IMG/VR virus record: IMGVR_UViG_3300037087_000760 | Span: 1 to 64,000 of that record | Strand: one strand, 5' to 3' | DNA length: 64,000 bases | Shown here: positions 16,020 through 25,738 of the stretch, one piece after another | Numbering within the stretch: the stretch's first letter is position 1 | Layout: each line of letters starts with the position of its first letter | Translations under genes and position numbers: made by a program | Notes under the pieces: model-generated | Databases searched by the model: none | What the model was told of the DNA's origin: nothing | Seen by the model: the letters and a program-made list of their open reading frames with translations, nothing else

Positions 16020-16743
16020 TTATTAAAATTTGTGACTCAATCATTGTTCCACTCTCTTTGAAAGTACCAGAGGGTACTTTTTGAATTTTAGCACGAACTT
16101 TTTTCAACCAATTTCTGAATTCGGTTTCCTTTTTGTTGTTTGAGGTTTCCCAATGTCTTGAAGCGATAGTAACCAATCTACCACCATCTTTCAAACAATC
16201 ATACATCTTGTAAATGTGGTCTATATCCTGATTTTTCGAGAACGGTGGATTGGCGATAATTTTATCGAAGTGTGTATCACACTCTGTTAAGAAGTCATTT
16301 CCAAGTAATCGGAAACCAACGATTTTATTCAAAAAAGTTTGGTTCACATCCATTAATTCGTATCCCCAAACAGTTCTCGCTCCCCAAGTTTCACGATGGA
16401 TAGCCTTAACAATGGCACCCTGTCCAGCACTTGGTTCTAATACTTCATCATCAATTTGAATTTCAGCCAATTCAACCAGAATATCACTTAATCCCTCTGG
16501 TGTTTCAAAAAATTGAAATTCCTTTTTAAGATTACGACTTTCTCCGTTTGCTATCTGATAAAGTAATTCGGTGGGATCAGTAGGAAAAACAAACCCAAAA
16601 ACCTTTCCACCTTTCCATTTTCCACCAATCAGTTCAAGTGCCTTTGCAACTTCCTGATAAAGCTTTCTTTCCAGTTGTCCATAGGGTAGTTTTACAACAA
16701 AACCCTCAACGGTACATCCTTTTAATACATCTTCCTTAGTCAT
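16009..16743 (-). CDS. SAM-dependent amino (N6A/N4C-type) methyltransferase
   Basis: FFETP, LEPSAGQG, IIANPPF; start moved to MTKEDVLK downstream of promoter. Confidence 0.85.
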   Translation of the reverse strand: MTKEDVLKGCTVEGFVVKLPYGQLERKLYQEVAKALELIGGKWKGGKVFGFVFPTDPTELLYQIANGESRNLKKEFQFFETPEGLSDILVELAEIQIDDEVLEPSAGQGAIVKAIHRETWGARTVWGYELMDVNQTFLNKIVGFRLLGNDFLTECDTHFDKIIANPPFSKNQDIDHIYKMYDCLKDGGRLVTIASRHWETSNNKKETEFRNWLKKVRAKIQKVPSGTFKESGTMIESQILIIDK

Positions 16744-16760
16744 TGTTTCAGTTTGAACTA

Positions 16761-16802
16761 CAAATTTACAACAATAAGCTGAAATAAAAAAATTAATATA
16801 TA
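16761..16802. promoter_or_regulatory. Back-to-back host-type promoter (TAAATTTG, minus) and late promoter (TTAATATATA, plus)
   Basis: Both motifs match their recurrent consensus. Confidence 0.65.
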
Positions 16803-16807
16803 AATTC

Positions 16808-17581
16808 ATGGTCATTCAGAGATTTAACGATATTGTTTTTGAGAAAAAGTTGGATTTTTTCTTATATTCACTTGATGAAGGGTTATCTTTTGAAGATTTT
16901 AAAGATAAGGTGAAAAGATATTTACCGAATATAAAGACAAAAGAACAAGCCAAAAATTTCTTATTGGGTGTAATTAAAAAACTGAAGCCTAAAAAAGTTT
17001 TTATATTTTTTTTAATAAAAGCCGTATTACTTCTTAACTTATTGACAATCAGTGAAACATTTGATTTATTTAAAGGGACACAATATTATAAAGTTGTTAC
17101 TGAATATAGGGAATTCGTAAAGCCAAAAAATGAAAAAATCAAAGAATTTATAGCTAAATTATTCCAAAGAGAAGCTGGTGGAATAGTAAATGCAACAAAA
17201 ACAGATTCCACAGGAACAAATACTTATATCGGGGCTTTTCAATTTAGTAAATCAGCTCTGAAAGAACTTGGGTTGGGACATATCACGATTGATAAATTTA
17301 AAAATAATCCAAATATTTTTCCTTACGAGGAACAAGAAAAAGCATTAATGAAATATATGGATCTGAATGAATATTATTTAAGAAGATATATGAGTTACAT
17401 TGGAAAAGAGATAAATGGAGTTGAAATAACAAAATCGGGTATATTGGCAGCGGCTCACTTGGTTGGTCAGGGAAAAGTAAAAAAATTTTTGAGTAGTAAC
17501 GGTAAAAAAGATCCCAGAGATGGTAACGGTGTAAGATGTTCTACTTATATGAAAGAATTCGGTGGATATGATATTGAATAA
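16808..17581 (+). CDS. Lysozyme-like / lytic transglycosylase domain protein
   Basis: QREAGG, GAFQF, QEKAL, SGILAAAHLVGQG, YMKEFGGY; CTS-like start. Confidence 0.7.
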   Translation: MVIQRFNDIVFEKKLDFFLYSLDEGLSFEDFKDKVKRYLPNIKTKEQAKNFLLGVIKKLKPKKVFIFFLIKAVLLLNLLTISETFDLFKGTQYYKVVTEYREFVKPKNEKIKEFIAKLFQREAGGIVNATKTDSTGTNTYIGAFQFSKSALKELGLGHITIDKFKNNPNIFPYEEQEKALMKYMDLNEYYLRRYMSYIGKEINGVEITKSGILAAAHLVGQGKVKKFLSSNGKKDPRDGNGVRCSTYMKEFGGYDIE

Positions 17582-17582
17582 A

Positions 17583-18293
17583 ATGATAACAAAATTTGAC
17601 GATTTCATAAAGGAATCAATTAAAAATCCGACACTCACAAAGGTTGCCGTCAAGGAATTATTACATGATATACAAAAAATAACTCCATCAATCAAGAGAG
17701 ATAATATCACTTTCAATACTGATTCTTGGATGTGGTGGGAATTGAATATCAGATGGTTAGATATAAAAGTTAAAGAAAAAGTTGAAAAATTGTTAAAGGC
17801 AAGACAAGAAAAGTTATTAAAAAATGGGTTGATAATGGCTTATAGAATAAGTAAAACTCCAGTAACAGAATTAGTAGGAGATGATCTTGACATTGAATTG
17901 ACGGGGGAAATGAATTTTGAAATTCATGCTTTTTTCAAAGACTTATATACAAAAAGGTTCATCCCACCAAAGTATGTATATCATGTAACCAAAGCAAAGA
18001 ATCGTAAATCTATTAAAGAAAATGGTTTAATACCTATGGAATTTTCAAAAGGGAATTGGACATTTGAATCTCTAAGACTTTATTATCCACCAACCGTTTT
18101 TGCAGCACTTGAACCAACTGGTCATTATAATGGATTGTTGGGTGATGATGTCTGGAGAATAGACACAACCAATTTAAAAAATAAATGGTGGGAAGATTTG
18201 AATTTTTACAAACATAAAAAGAAAGATAAAATTGATTATGTGATGACATTTGAACCTATTCCACCAGATCACTTAGAACTTTACAGCGAATAG
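17583..18293 (+). CDS. CTS-like protein with ADP-ribosyltransferase/KptA-like C-terminal domain
   Basis: MITKFDDFIKE; YVYHVT..KNRKSIKENGLIP, VFAA. Confidence 0.55.
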   Translation: MITKFDDFIKESIKNPTLTKVAVKELLHDIQKITPSIKRDNITFNTDSWMWWELNIRWLDIKVKEKVEKLLKARQEKLLKNGLIMAYRISKTPVTELVGDDLDIELTGEMNFEIHAFFKDLYTKRFIPPKYVYHVTKAKNRKSIKENGLIPMEFSKGNWTFESLRLYYPPTVFAALEPTGHYNGLLGDDVWRIDTTNLKNKWWEDLNFYKHKKKDKIDYVMTFEPIPPDHLELYSE

Positions 18294-18295
18294 AT

Positions 18296-18547
18296 TTATA
18301 CTTCCTCTGGATGGGTAGACATCCATTCTATTATTTCATCCCTATTCTTAATAATCTCTGTGGGAATATTATCAAAATCAAAATCGTCTAATGTTATTAC
18401 CCAAAACTTGTCTCTATAAACAACCCATAAAACTAATTGACCATCATCTAACCCGATAGTTGGTTTCGTCTCTGGATTAGTTTTCTGATTGAGTTCAGAA
18501 TATGAAAATTCTAATAATTGAGTTAATTTTTCAAATGAAACATTCAT
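18296..18547 (-). CDS. Hypothetical protein
   Basis: 83 aa ORF. Confidence 0.6.
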   Translation of the reverse strand: MNVSFEKLTQLLEFSYSELNQKTNPETKPTIGLDDGQLVLWVVYRDKFWVITLDDFDFDNIPTEIIKNRDEIIEWMSTHPEEV

Positions 18548-18555
18548 AAAATTAA

Positions 18556-18840
18556 TTATTTTTTATAAATAATACACAAGGGGTCATAATTAGTCATTCG
18601 AATAAGCTTCCTAAATGCCCCTCTGTAATCTTCATTATAAACTAATGGAGATTCATCCGAATCAGATGAAAAAATTTTCTTCAAAAGTTTGTAATTAATC
18701 TCGTATGGATCACCCTTGAAGATAATTCTATCTGTTTTGTTAGTTTCAATAAAATTAAGGATAGCTACATTCAAGTGTTTTTGGGATTTGAATGATTCGT
18801 AAACTATTTTCTCTCTTATGTGAATTTCCACCAAGGCCAT
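18556..18840 (-). CDS. Hypothetical protein
   Basis: AAACTTTG-N14-TAAAAC at 18854-18881 upstream. Confidence 0.6.
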   Translation of the reverse strand: MALVEIHIREKIVYESFKSQKHLNVAILNFIETNKTDRIIFKGDPYEINYKLLKKIFSSDSDESPLVYNEDYRGAFRKLIRMTNYDPLCIIYKK

Positions 18841-18898
18841 ATTTAATTTTCTTGTTTTATCTTAATTTTGTTACAAAGTTTTAATTTAGTTCACAGAT

Positions 18899-19084
18899 TT
18901 ATATAATCGGTTCAAAATAATCCCAACTTTCCCAAACTCTTTCTATGAAATCATTTTTCATATTTTCTAAGTAGGTAAAATCTATTTCTCCGAATAAATT
19001 TTCCAAAATAAATTTTCTTCTTTCATTTATGTATTTTTCTTCATTCAATTGATATTTTGGTAGGTGAGTGAAACGTGCTAACAT
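18899..19084 (-). CDS. Hypothetical protein
   Basis: 61 aa ORF. Confidence 0.45.
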   Translation of the reverse strand: MLARFTHLPKYQLNEEKYINERRKFILENLFGEIDFTYLENMKNDFIERVWESWDYFEPII

Positions 19085-19095
19085 AAACAGTGTTA

Positions 19096-19449
19096 TTATT
19101 TTTTGATTTCCGTTATCTCCATTTTTTCAAATGTGATGGATATTGGTTCATCACCAATTATTTTCATGTAATTCATATTAGAACTTAGCTTTATATTTCT
19201 TTGTCCCTGACCCTCTTTATCACATACTCTTATTGTTAATTCCTGAGGTTTAACACAAGATAGAATATTCTCAAATTTATCATCAGTTTGAAATGTTACA
19301 AGGATATTACACCTGTATAAATCCATTTTTTCTATCTTGACGAAATTACTTTCGAATTTATCCCATGAAATAGTATATGGTGTGAATGATTGAGTATCTT
19401 CAACTCCACTCATGGATGCTCGAACATTTGTAAAATGAGGTAACGGCAT
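19096..19449 (-). CDS. Short tail-tube (gp19)-like paralog
   Basis: N-terminus MPLPHFTNVRAS recalled from huge-phage tail tube proteins; late motif at 19469-19478. Confidence 0.4.
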   Translation of the reverse strand: MPLPHFTNVRASMSGVEDTQSFTPYTISWDKFESNFVKIEKMDLYRCNILVTFQTDDKFENILSCVKPQELTIRVCDKEGQGQRNIKLSSNMNYMKIIGDEPISITFEKMEITEIKK

Positions 19450-19532
19450 AATTGATAGGTTTTATTTTTATATATTAAGCTTAGTTCATTTCCTGTCTAA
19501 AAAAATTAATATATACTAAAAACTATTCAGTC

Positions 19533-20924
19533 TTGATGGATAAATTCAGTAATAAATACATAAATCAGTTCGACATTCTTAAAAACAGTATAGTTGGATT
19601 TGAGTTTGAATTCTATACTAAGCGTTCATTTTATAAATTACTTGAATTGTTGAACAGGGAACTCTCCCCAATTAAAGTTCATGGAAGAAGAAGATACCAT
19701 TCGGATTTCAAACCAGACGAATATAACTTTAAAATTGAACCTGATCTTTCAGGTGGTCCAGACATGGTTGAATTAATTACGGGCCCTATGCCTTATGTAA
19801 ATGCTAAGATAATTTTACTGAAAATATTAAAATTATTACAGGAACACGCAAAAACTGGAGATCGTTGTTCAGTTCACATAAATATATCTTTTGATACAGA
19901 TAAATGTGAGAAAGATGTCAGTGAAGTTAATAAACTAAAAATGATACTTGAAATTGATGAAAGTCTTATCTATAAATTCTTTCCAGATAGAAAAGATAAC
20001 TTTTATTCAAAGTCTATCAAAAAATTAATTCCATTTAAAGGATATAATTATTCTATTGATGCTGTGAATTTAACCTTAAATAATTTTCAATTGACTGATG
20101 ATACAAAATATTATGGAGTGAACCTGAAGGAAGCATTTAATGGACGATTAGAATTCCGTTATATTGGTGGAGATAAATATCAATTCAAGACTCGTGAAAT
20201 TATGGAGTTGATGGATTATTTCATTTCATTATCTTGGAATTGTATAAATGAAGAATTATCGAAAGAAAATATAGAAGATCTGAGAGAATATTTGGAAGAA
20301 AATATTAACATATTCAAAAATTTTACAAAAGTAGAAAATTTTGTCGCTGAATTTCCAACTATCCAATTAGAAATAGATAAGAATGACAGTTTCCTTATTA
20401 TCAAATCTCAATATGATCATATACAGGAAAAGCTTTATGACATCATCAGAAACATATATGATTTAAATAACTGTATAATCAATCAGGATTCAGTTGATAA
20501 CAGATTGGAAATAGTTGATGCCAGCTTTGAAACAATATTTACCCTTAAAGGTATTAATATTATTGATTCAAATGTTACAGGTGGCGAATATATTAGAGTT
20601 GAATTCCATAATGTTGATGTTAAGAATGCCCATATAAGTAACTGTACTTTAATAAACACCGATGTATTTAATTGTAAATTGGAAAACTGTGAGGTTGATG
20701 AAACCTGTACTCTCCGTGAATGTTATTTTGCTGGTGGTAAGATGGATGGTAATTTCGAAAGTGGTATAATGAGAGGGGGTGTAGTAGGTCAAAGGGGTGA
20801 ACTTGGAGCTGGTGTTGAGATTGTTACGGACACTGATTCTTATTTTGGTTCATTTAATGATGAAGAAGAAACAAAAGGTGGGAAAAAAGTAGTTAAGAAA
20901 TTAACTACAAAAGGAAAAATATAA
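19533..20924 (+). CDS. Putative amidoligase (COOH-NH2 ligase) with C-terminal beta-helix/pentapeptide-like region
   Basis: VGFEFEF, IEPDLS, ELITGP, CSVHINISF, KYYGVN, LEFRY; late motif at 19506-19515. Confidence 0.75.
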   Translation: MMDKFSNKYINQFDILKNSIVGFEFEFYTKRSFYKLLELLNRELSPIKVHGRRRYHSDFKPDEYNFKIEPDLSGGPDMVELITGPMPYVNAKIILLKILKLLQEHAKTGDRCSVHINISFDTDKCEKDVSEVNKLKMILEIDESLIYKFFPDRKDNFYSKSIKKLIPFKGYNYSIDAVNLTLNNFQLTDDTKYYGVNLKEAFNGRLEFRYIGGDKYQFKTREIMELMDYFISLSWNCINEELSKENIEDLREYLEENINIFKNFTKVENFVAEFPTIQLEIDKNDSFLIIKSQYDHIQEKLYDIIRNIYDLNNCIINQDSVDNRLEIVDASFETIFTLKGINIIDSNVTGGEYIRVEFHNVDVKNAHISNCTLINTDVFNCKLENCEVDETCTLRECYFAGGKMDGNFESGIMRGGVVGQRGELGAGVEIVTDTDSYFGSFNDEEETKGGKKVVKKLTTKGKI

Positions 20925-20929
20925 ATCCT

Positions 20930-21850
20930 GTGATGATAACATTTTTTAAACTGTTTGAATCAGACCTTATTTATATAAAGGGAGAAAATGGGAAAAACGG
21001 AAAGTCGGTTGTTTATTATGACAAAAAAGAAGGCCCTATTCCTTTCTTATATTATAAAGGAACTGTATATACGGGTGAGATAGGTGGTTCTCATGATGGT
21101 ATAATTGGGTATTATTTTAGTAGTGGGGATATGACTGAAGATTCGAAACAAGGTTCAAAGTATATGAAAGCTTACATGGGTCATACTTCACAGGGTAGGA
21201 TTTACACCAAGAGAAAATATGTAAGTTTTTGGAGAGTACCAGATAAAAAGGAAATGCGTTATGTATTAGGTGAAGTAGAACGACTTACTGGTGAGAAGAT
21301 TTTACATAATGGGTATAAGATACAATTCAGGGATGCTGGTGATGTAAAGGCACAGGAAGTATACGCTAAATTGGATATACCTGAATATCGTGAAACAAAG
21401 ACGATGTTACTGGATGATTACTTATATGAACCCGTTAAAAAAACAACCCCTTTAGCATACAGACAAGCGATATATGGGGAAAATAAATCTTATAAGATAT
21501 TCAAAAATAAAAAATATAAACCACAACTCACAAGTTCTGAACTTGTTGATTTCATATGTGATAATAATTTAAGAGACGCTAACGGTGAATTGGAATATCA
21601 GGATGCTAAAGAAATAGCTTACTGGAGTGAAAGTGGAATTTGGTATCTCAAAGAATTAATAGATCTGAATAAAGAGGGACTGAGTTTTATCTATAATAGA
21701 AAACCAAAATCTTTTGGTATTCCAATCATTGTGAAACATGATGTTGGAAATGATACATATGAAGTATTAGACGGGAAACACAGAATTGGTTATACCCGAT
21801 ATAAAGGAATTCCAACTATAATGGCTTATGTTTGTGAGAATGAATATTAA
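20930..21850 (+). CDS. CTS-like protein with C-terminal ParB/Srx-like domain
   Basis: MITFFKLFES; PIIVKH...YEVLDGKHRI. Confidence 0.6.
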   Translation: MMITFFKLFESDLIYIKGENGKNGKSVVYYDKKEGPIPFLYYKGTVYTGEIGGSHDGIIGYYFSSGDMTEDSKQGSKYMKAYMGHTSQGRIYTKRKYVSFWRVPDKKEMRYVLGEVERLTGEKILHNGYKIQFRDAGDVKAQEVYAKLDIPEYRETKTMLLDDYLYEPVKKTTPLAYRQAIYGENKSYKIFKNKKYKPQLTSSELVDFICDNNLRDANGELEYQDAKEIAYWSESGIWYLKELIDLNKEGLSFIYNRKPKSFGIPIIVKHDVGNDTYEVLDGKHRIGYTRYKGIPTIMAYVCENEY

Positions 21851-22203
21851 TAAGGATTCAAAAGTTTTTTGTTGAAATTCATGAAGATCACCTTCGTTGT
21901 TGAAACATTAATTGGTTGGGACAACAATTTAACTTTATAGAAATCGGAGTTTAATTCTGTACAATCAATTATTTTTTCATTACCCACGAATTCAGTATAC
22001 AACTCGATCATCAATTCATCCTGATAATTACATAATCTTTTACCAGTACTATCAATGGATTTAAATCCAGTATAATTACGAATCATATAGCACACACCAT
22101 TGATAACAAAATCAGTAATCTCGTAATTTTCCAATTCGAAAAAACGATTGAGGGTTCCGAATCCGATATGACGGTGAATTTGATTTATAATATTATGTTC
22201 CAT
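21847..22203 (-). CDS. Hypothetical protein
   Basis: Operon-like overlap. Confidence 0.55.
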   Translation of the reverse strand: MEHNIINQIHRHIGFGTLNRFFELENYEITDFVINGVCYMIRNYTGFKSIDSTGKRLCNYQDELMIELYTEFVGNEKIIDCTELNSDFYKVKLLSQPINVSTTKVIFMNFNKKLLNPY

Positions 22204-22781
22204 TCGAGGCTAAAATATTTACAACAAGGTTCATCCATTTCACTTCTTCTGTAAAATTGAATCAAGATTCTATTTTCACATTCACGTTCATAACTGACAT
22301 CTTCCAAATTGTACTCTTTTCCACAATCACCACATTTAATTTTTATAACTTCATTTTTTGGTAAAATGTCTTTCCAGACAGAACTTGGACAACTGTTCCA
22401 AGTTTCTCCGAAAAATTTATATCCAAGATTAACTCCATCCTTAAAATATAACATTTTTCGAAATAACTGACATTCGTAATATGTTACTATTGTTTGCTTT
22501 TTGAATAACTTTTTTAAGGTAGAATGAATTTCATCGATAGAATCAAATCTGTTGGTTTTATCACCAATTTTCCACAGTGAGAATTTCCAACAGTTATCCT
22601 TTTTATTTAAAGAATCGGCCTCTTTTTGAGTTTTTATGGTCTTTTTAATTTCATTATTATGACCACCATTATAATATTTACGAGGTATAGATTCCTGAAT
22701 CTTTTCATAGGAGCAGTAATAGTGGACGGCTGTAACATCCTGACCTCTAAATGTCGATATGTTGGCTACTATCATTATCAA
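22185..22781 (-). CDS. Hypothetical protein with CxxC motif
   Basis: 198 aa; CGDC...CC. Confidence 0.65.
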   Translation of the reverse strand: MIMIVANISTFRGQDVTAVHYYCSYEKIQESIPRKYYNGGHNNEIKKTIKTQKEADSLNKKDNCWKFSLWKIGDKTNRFDSIDEIHSTLKKLFKKQTIVTYYECQLFRKMLYFKDGVNLGYKFFGETWNSCPSSVWKDILPKNEVIKIKCGDCGKEYNLEDVSYERECENRILIQFYRRSEMDEPCCKYFSLEWNIIL

Positions 22782-23161
22782 AAAGTTTCTAAAAGATCTT
22801 TCAATTCAGATAATAGAATGAAACTGATTTCATAATCAGTTGTATTACCGTAATAATCCTGTCTGTCAGATTCATCCACTATTTTAATCAATTCCTCAAC
22901 TCTTTTGTACTGTAAATAGGTTAAGTTTGGTTTCAATTCATTCAAAACCAAATCCAACACTTTGAATGGTGGTTTACCATTTTCGTTCTTATATGGACGC
23001 AAATAGCTATTTTCGTGATAGCTTCCACCTGTCATACCACCAGTTTCCCATCTCTGATAAATCACTGGTTCTTTTATATTACAAGGAATTCCCCACGGCT
23101 CAGTAAACACACCCTGATCCTCAGGACATATACTGTTTATTTTACTAATATCAAGATCCAT
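22778..23161 (-). CDS. Hypothetical protein
   Basis: 127 aa. Confidence 0.65.
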   Translation of the reverse strand: MDLDISKINSICPEDQGVFTEPWGIPCNIKEPVIYQRWETGGMTGGSYHENSYLRPYKNENGKPPFKVLDLVLNELKPNLTYLQYKRVEELIKIVDESDRQDYYGNTTDYEISFILLSELKDLLETF

Positions 23162-23162
23162 T

Positions 23163-23492
23163 TTATTTTAAAGTAATTAAATAACAATTCGAGGCAAAAA
23201 CATTATCACAATATTCAGCCTTACATTTATATTCACCACTTGGTAAGAGCATTAATATGTCCTGTTGGTCAATCGGAAGATCCAATTGACCCATATTACC
23301 ATCAATAAAAACAGGAATATCATACCCAGCCAATTCCTCAGCATCTCCGTGAATATATGCCTTATTTGTTACAACACTATCCATTACAAAATCACCGTAA
23401 CTTTTAGGTTTAACCAAAGCTGGTTCTTGGTCTTTATCAAATATACCCAATAATGACATGGGTTTTGTGGTTGTAAATCTTAACTGTTTCAT
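23163..23492 (-). CDS. Hypothetical protein
   Basis: 109 aa. Confidence 0.6.
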   Translation of the reverse strand: MKQLRFTTTKPMSLLGIFDKDQEPALVKPKSYGDFVMDSVVTNKAYIHGDAEELAGYDIPVFIDGNMGQLDLPIDQQDILMLLPSGEYKCKAEYCDNVFASNCYLITLK

Positions 23493-23887
23493 ACAATCTT
23501 ATTTTTTAATAAATCCTTGTTTGCTTTTTTAATAGTTGGTCTTATTTTGGAATTGGTCTTTGCTTTTCCAACAGTATATAAATCAGTCGAAACTAATTTG
23601 TTATCATCATTGGATAAAACAATGAATTCATCCCCAGCATACCTTATAAATATATCCTTTTCGAACAATAAAGTTTTAATTTTTCTGACAATCAACCTTA
23701 TATGTTCGTCCCCATTAAAATGCCCACCTTCATTAACTTTCTTTAATCCATTAATGTCAATGAAGTACATAAAGGTATAATCTGTTAATTTGACTTCCCT
23801 GAATAAGAAATGACGATTATAGAGCTTGGTCATATCATCATGAAAAGCCATGTACTCTAATTCTCTTATTCTTTTTTCAGTAATCAT
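23489..23887 (-). CDS. Stand-alone, C-terminally short GGDEF-like domain (AGDEF)
   Basis: HDDMTKLYNR, IDINGLKKVN, GHFNGDE, RYAGDEF. Confidence 0.8.
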   Translation of the reverse strand: MITEKRIRELEYMAFHDDMTKLYNRHFLFREVKLTDYTFMYFIDINGLKKVNEGGHFNGDEHIRLIVRKIKTLLFEKDIFIRYAGDEFIVLSNDDNKLVSTDLYTVGKAKTNSKIRPTIKKANKDLLKNKIV

Positions 23888-24171
23888 TTATTTTTATATT
23901 GAAAATATTTTTCCCGAAATTGTTTTTCACCCTCGATGAATAACACATCCTCGATTTCTTGGGAAATTTGATCATCAGTATCTATTAATTCAAAAATCGA
24001 AAAAAATTCATTTTTATAATACCACTTATAATACCCGATATGACAAAAAATTGTTGATTCCAAGAAAACAACAGACATTCTCTCTGGTGTTTGGTGAATT
24101 ATTCTAATCTTAAAATATTCTTCGTCTTTAAGAGAATGACATATGTAATCGGTATGTGATTTTGTTTCCAT
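23884..24171 (-). CDS. Hypothetical protein
   Basis: Operon-like overlap. Confidence 0.55.
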   Translation of the reverse strand: METKSHTDYICHSLKDEEYFKIRIIHQTPERMSVVFLESTIFCHIGYYKWYYKNEFFSIFELIDTDDQISQEIEDVLFIEGEKQFREKYFQYKNK

Positions 24172-24176
24172 GATGA

Positions 24177-24494
24177 TTATCTACAAAAGTGAAACCAAAC
24201 TTTTTCAAAAGTTTCCGTACTTTCAAACATGATACCTATATATTGGATATCATCGTCAATTGAACGGGGGAATAATGGAGGATTGAGGGTATAACCAACA
24301 ATACTATATTTATCTTCATAATATTTAATTGGTATCAATTCTTCATCATCAGATAGTCGATAAATTTCAGGACAACCCATTCTTCTTGCACTATTTTCGG
24401 AAGTGAAGAGAGAACTGTTAAGTTCTTCATATTTCTCCCACCATTTATTTTCTTCGATAACAGGCTCGATTAATTTGGTTGGTTTCATAAACAA
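24177..24494 (-). CDS. Hypothetical protein
   Basis: 105 aa. Confidence 0.6.
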   Translation of the reverse strand: MFMKPTKLIEPVIEENKWWEKYEELNSSLFTSENSARRMGCPEIYRLSDDEELIPIKYYEDKYSIVGYTLNPPLFPRSIDDDIQYIGIMFESTETFEKVWFHFCR

Positions 24495-24913
24495 TTTTTT
24501 TCAGAATCTTGTTTCCACTTTTTTATTTGTTTAGGTATCTCAATTTCATACAAAGTAGATTTACTTTTTTGTAAGTCAAATATTTTGTTGTGGTAGTAAG
24601 TTACTGCTTGTGGATTATGCCATATAACGATATCCCACTCTTTAAAGTCTTTTTCAGGAAACAACCAATTCATAAACTTTATATGAGATATCATTTGTTC
24701 GTGACTAAAACTAAATTCAGGATGAAATTTACCCCAAGCATCAAATTGTTCGTGATAATAATATTCTTTGGTTTGAAGTAAGATCAACTTCACAAGATTC
24801 GAATTGGTCTGATTATAATAATTTCTGGTTGTTATTTTCTTATACCTATATTGAATTATCCTGATGTGAATAATCGCGAAAGGTATCAGAAGTTTATTTA
24901 AAATGTTGTTCAT
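24485..24913 (-). CDS. Hypothetical protein
   Basis: 142 aa. Confidence 0.6.
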   Translation of the reverse strand: MNNILNKLLIPFAIIHIRIIQYRYKKITTRNYYNQTNSNLVKLILLQTKEYYYHEQFDAWGKFHPEFSFSHEQMISHIKFMNWLFPEKDFKEWDIVIWHNPQAVTYYHNKIFDLQKSKSTLYEIEIPKQIKKWKQDSEKNCL

Positions 24914-25197
24914 ATTTCATCTTTTAATTCAGGAAAACAAGCCACAAATTCTTTGATTTCAAAATGTGTCCACCATTCTATTTCATTTGTGAGAAACATT
25001 ACAGCGATAGTATCTTCTTTTGATCTACAAACGATATTCTCTCCATGACACCAACCAATGGCGTATTCACGGATCAAACCCTTATTGGATATTATGACAT
25101 CTTCTCTGGTTTCGAGTTTCAACATTTCTGTTAAATTGCCAGCTCTCCATGTCAACCAATTGAATGATTGCCCTTGAAGATGTTCTATCGGTCCCAT
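24910..25197 (-). CDS. Hypothetical protein
   Basis: 95 aa. Confidence 0.6.
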   Translation of the reverse strand: MGPIEHLQGQSFNWLTWRAGNLTEMLKLETREDVIISNKGLIREYAIGWCHGENIVCRSKEDTIAVMFLTNEIEWWTHFEIKEFVACFPELKDEI

Positions 25198-25403
25198 CTG
25201 TGAGGATCGTAATCAAAATAATCAGTGATAATGATGGAGGCGAGAATACACTTTTCTTTTTTCCCCTTAACCTTCACCTCGGACTCAACTATACCAGAAA
25301 TACCCCTGTTAAATTTAACATTGGTTTTAGGTTTCCACAAACCCTCTTTAACATACTGTTCGTAGGTTGATTTGTCCGTTCTGATGACTTTAATTTCGCT
25401 CAT
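25185..25403 (-). CDS. Hypothetical protein
   Basis: TATTTTTG promoter at 25429-25436 upstream. Confidence 0.6.
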   Translation of the reverse strand: MSEIKVIRTDKSTYEQYVKEGLWKPKTNVKFNRGISGIVESEVKVKGKKEKCILASIIITDYFDYDPHRWDR

Positions 25404-25489
25404 GGTAGATGATTTTTAGTTTGAACTACAAAAATACGAAGTTTTCTCCGAATAAAAAAATAATATATAGAAAGAAAAACTATATTACC

Positions 25490-25738
25490 ATGAAATATAT
25501 TAAATTGTTCGAAGATTATAGTAGTGAAAAAATAGATACTCGTTTAGTTTCTGGTGTTAAGGCCAATGATGTGGTTAGTTATTTTGATAGAAATGTTGAT
25601 GATATCGGGGCACAGTTCATAGATTTCGATACAGTTGAATTGATGGTCTATAATACCGATGATATGACCCAAGATGAAATTGATGAAAAATTAGACGGAG
25701 CTGAGGATACTATTTTTAGTGCACACTTAAAAAAATGA
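25490..25738 (+). CDS. Small putative internal head protein (CTS-like)
   Basis: MKYIKLFEDY; late motif at 25461-25469. Confidence 0.65.
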   Translation: MKYIKLFEDYSSEKIDTRLVSGVKANDVVSYFDRNVDDIGAQFIDFDTVELMVYNTDDMTQDEIDEKLDGAEDTIFSAHLKK

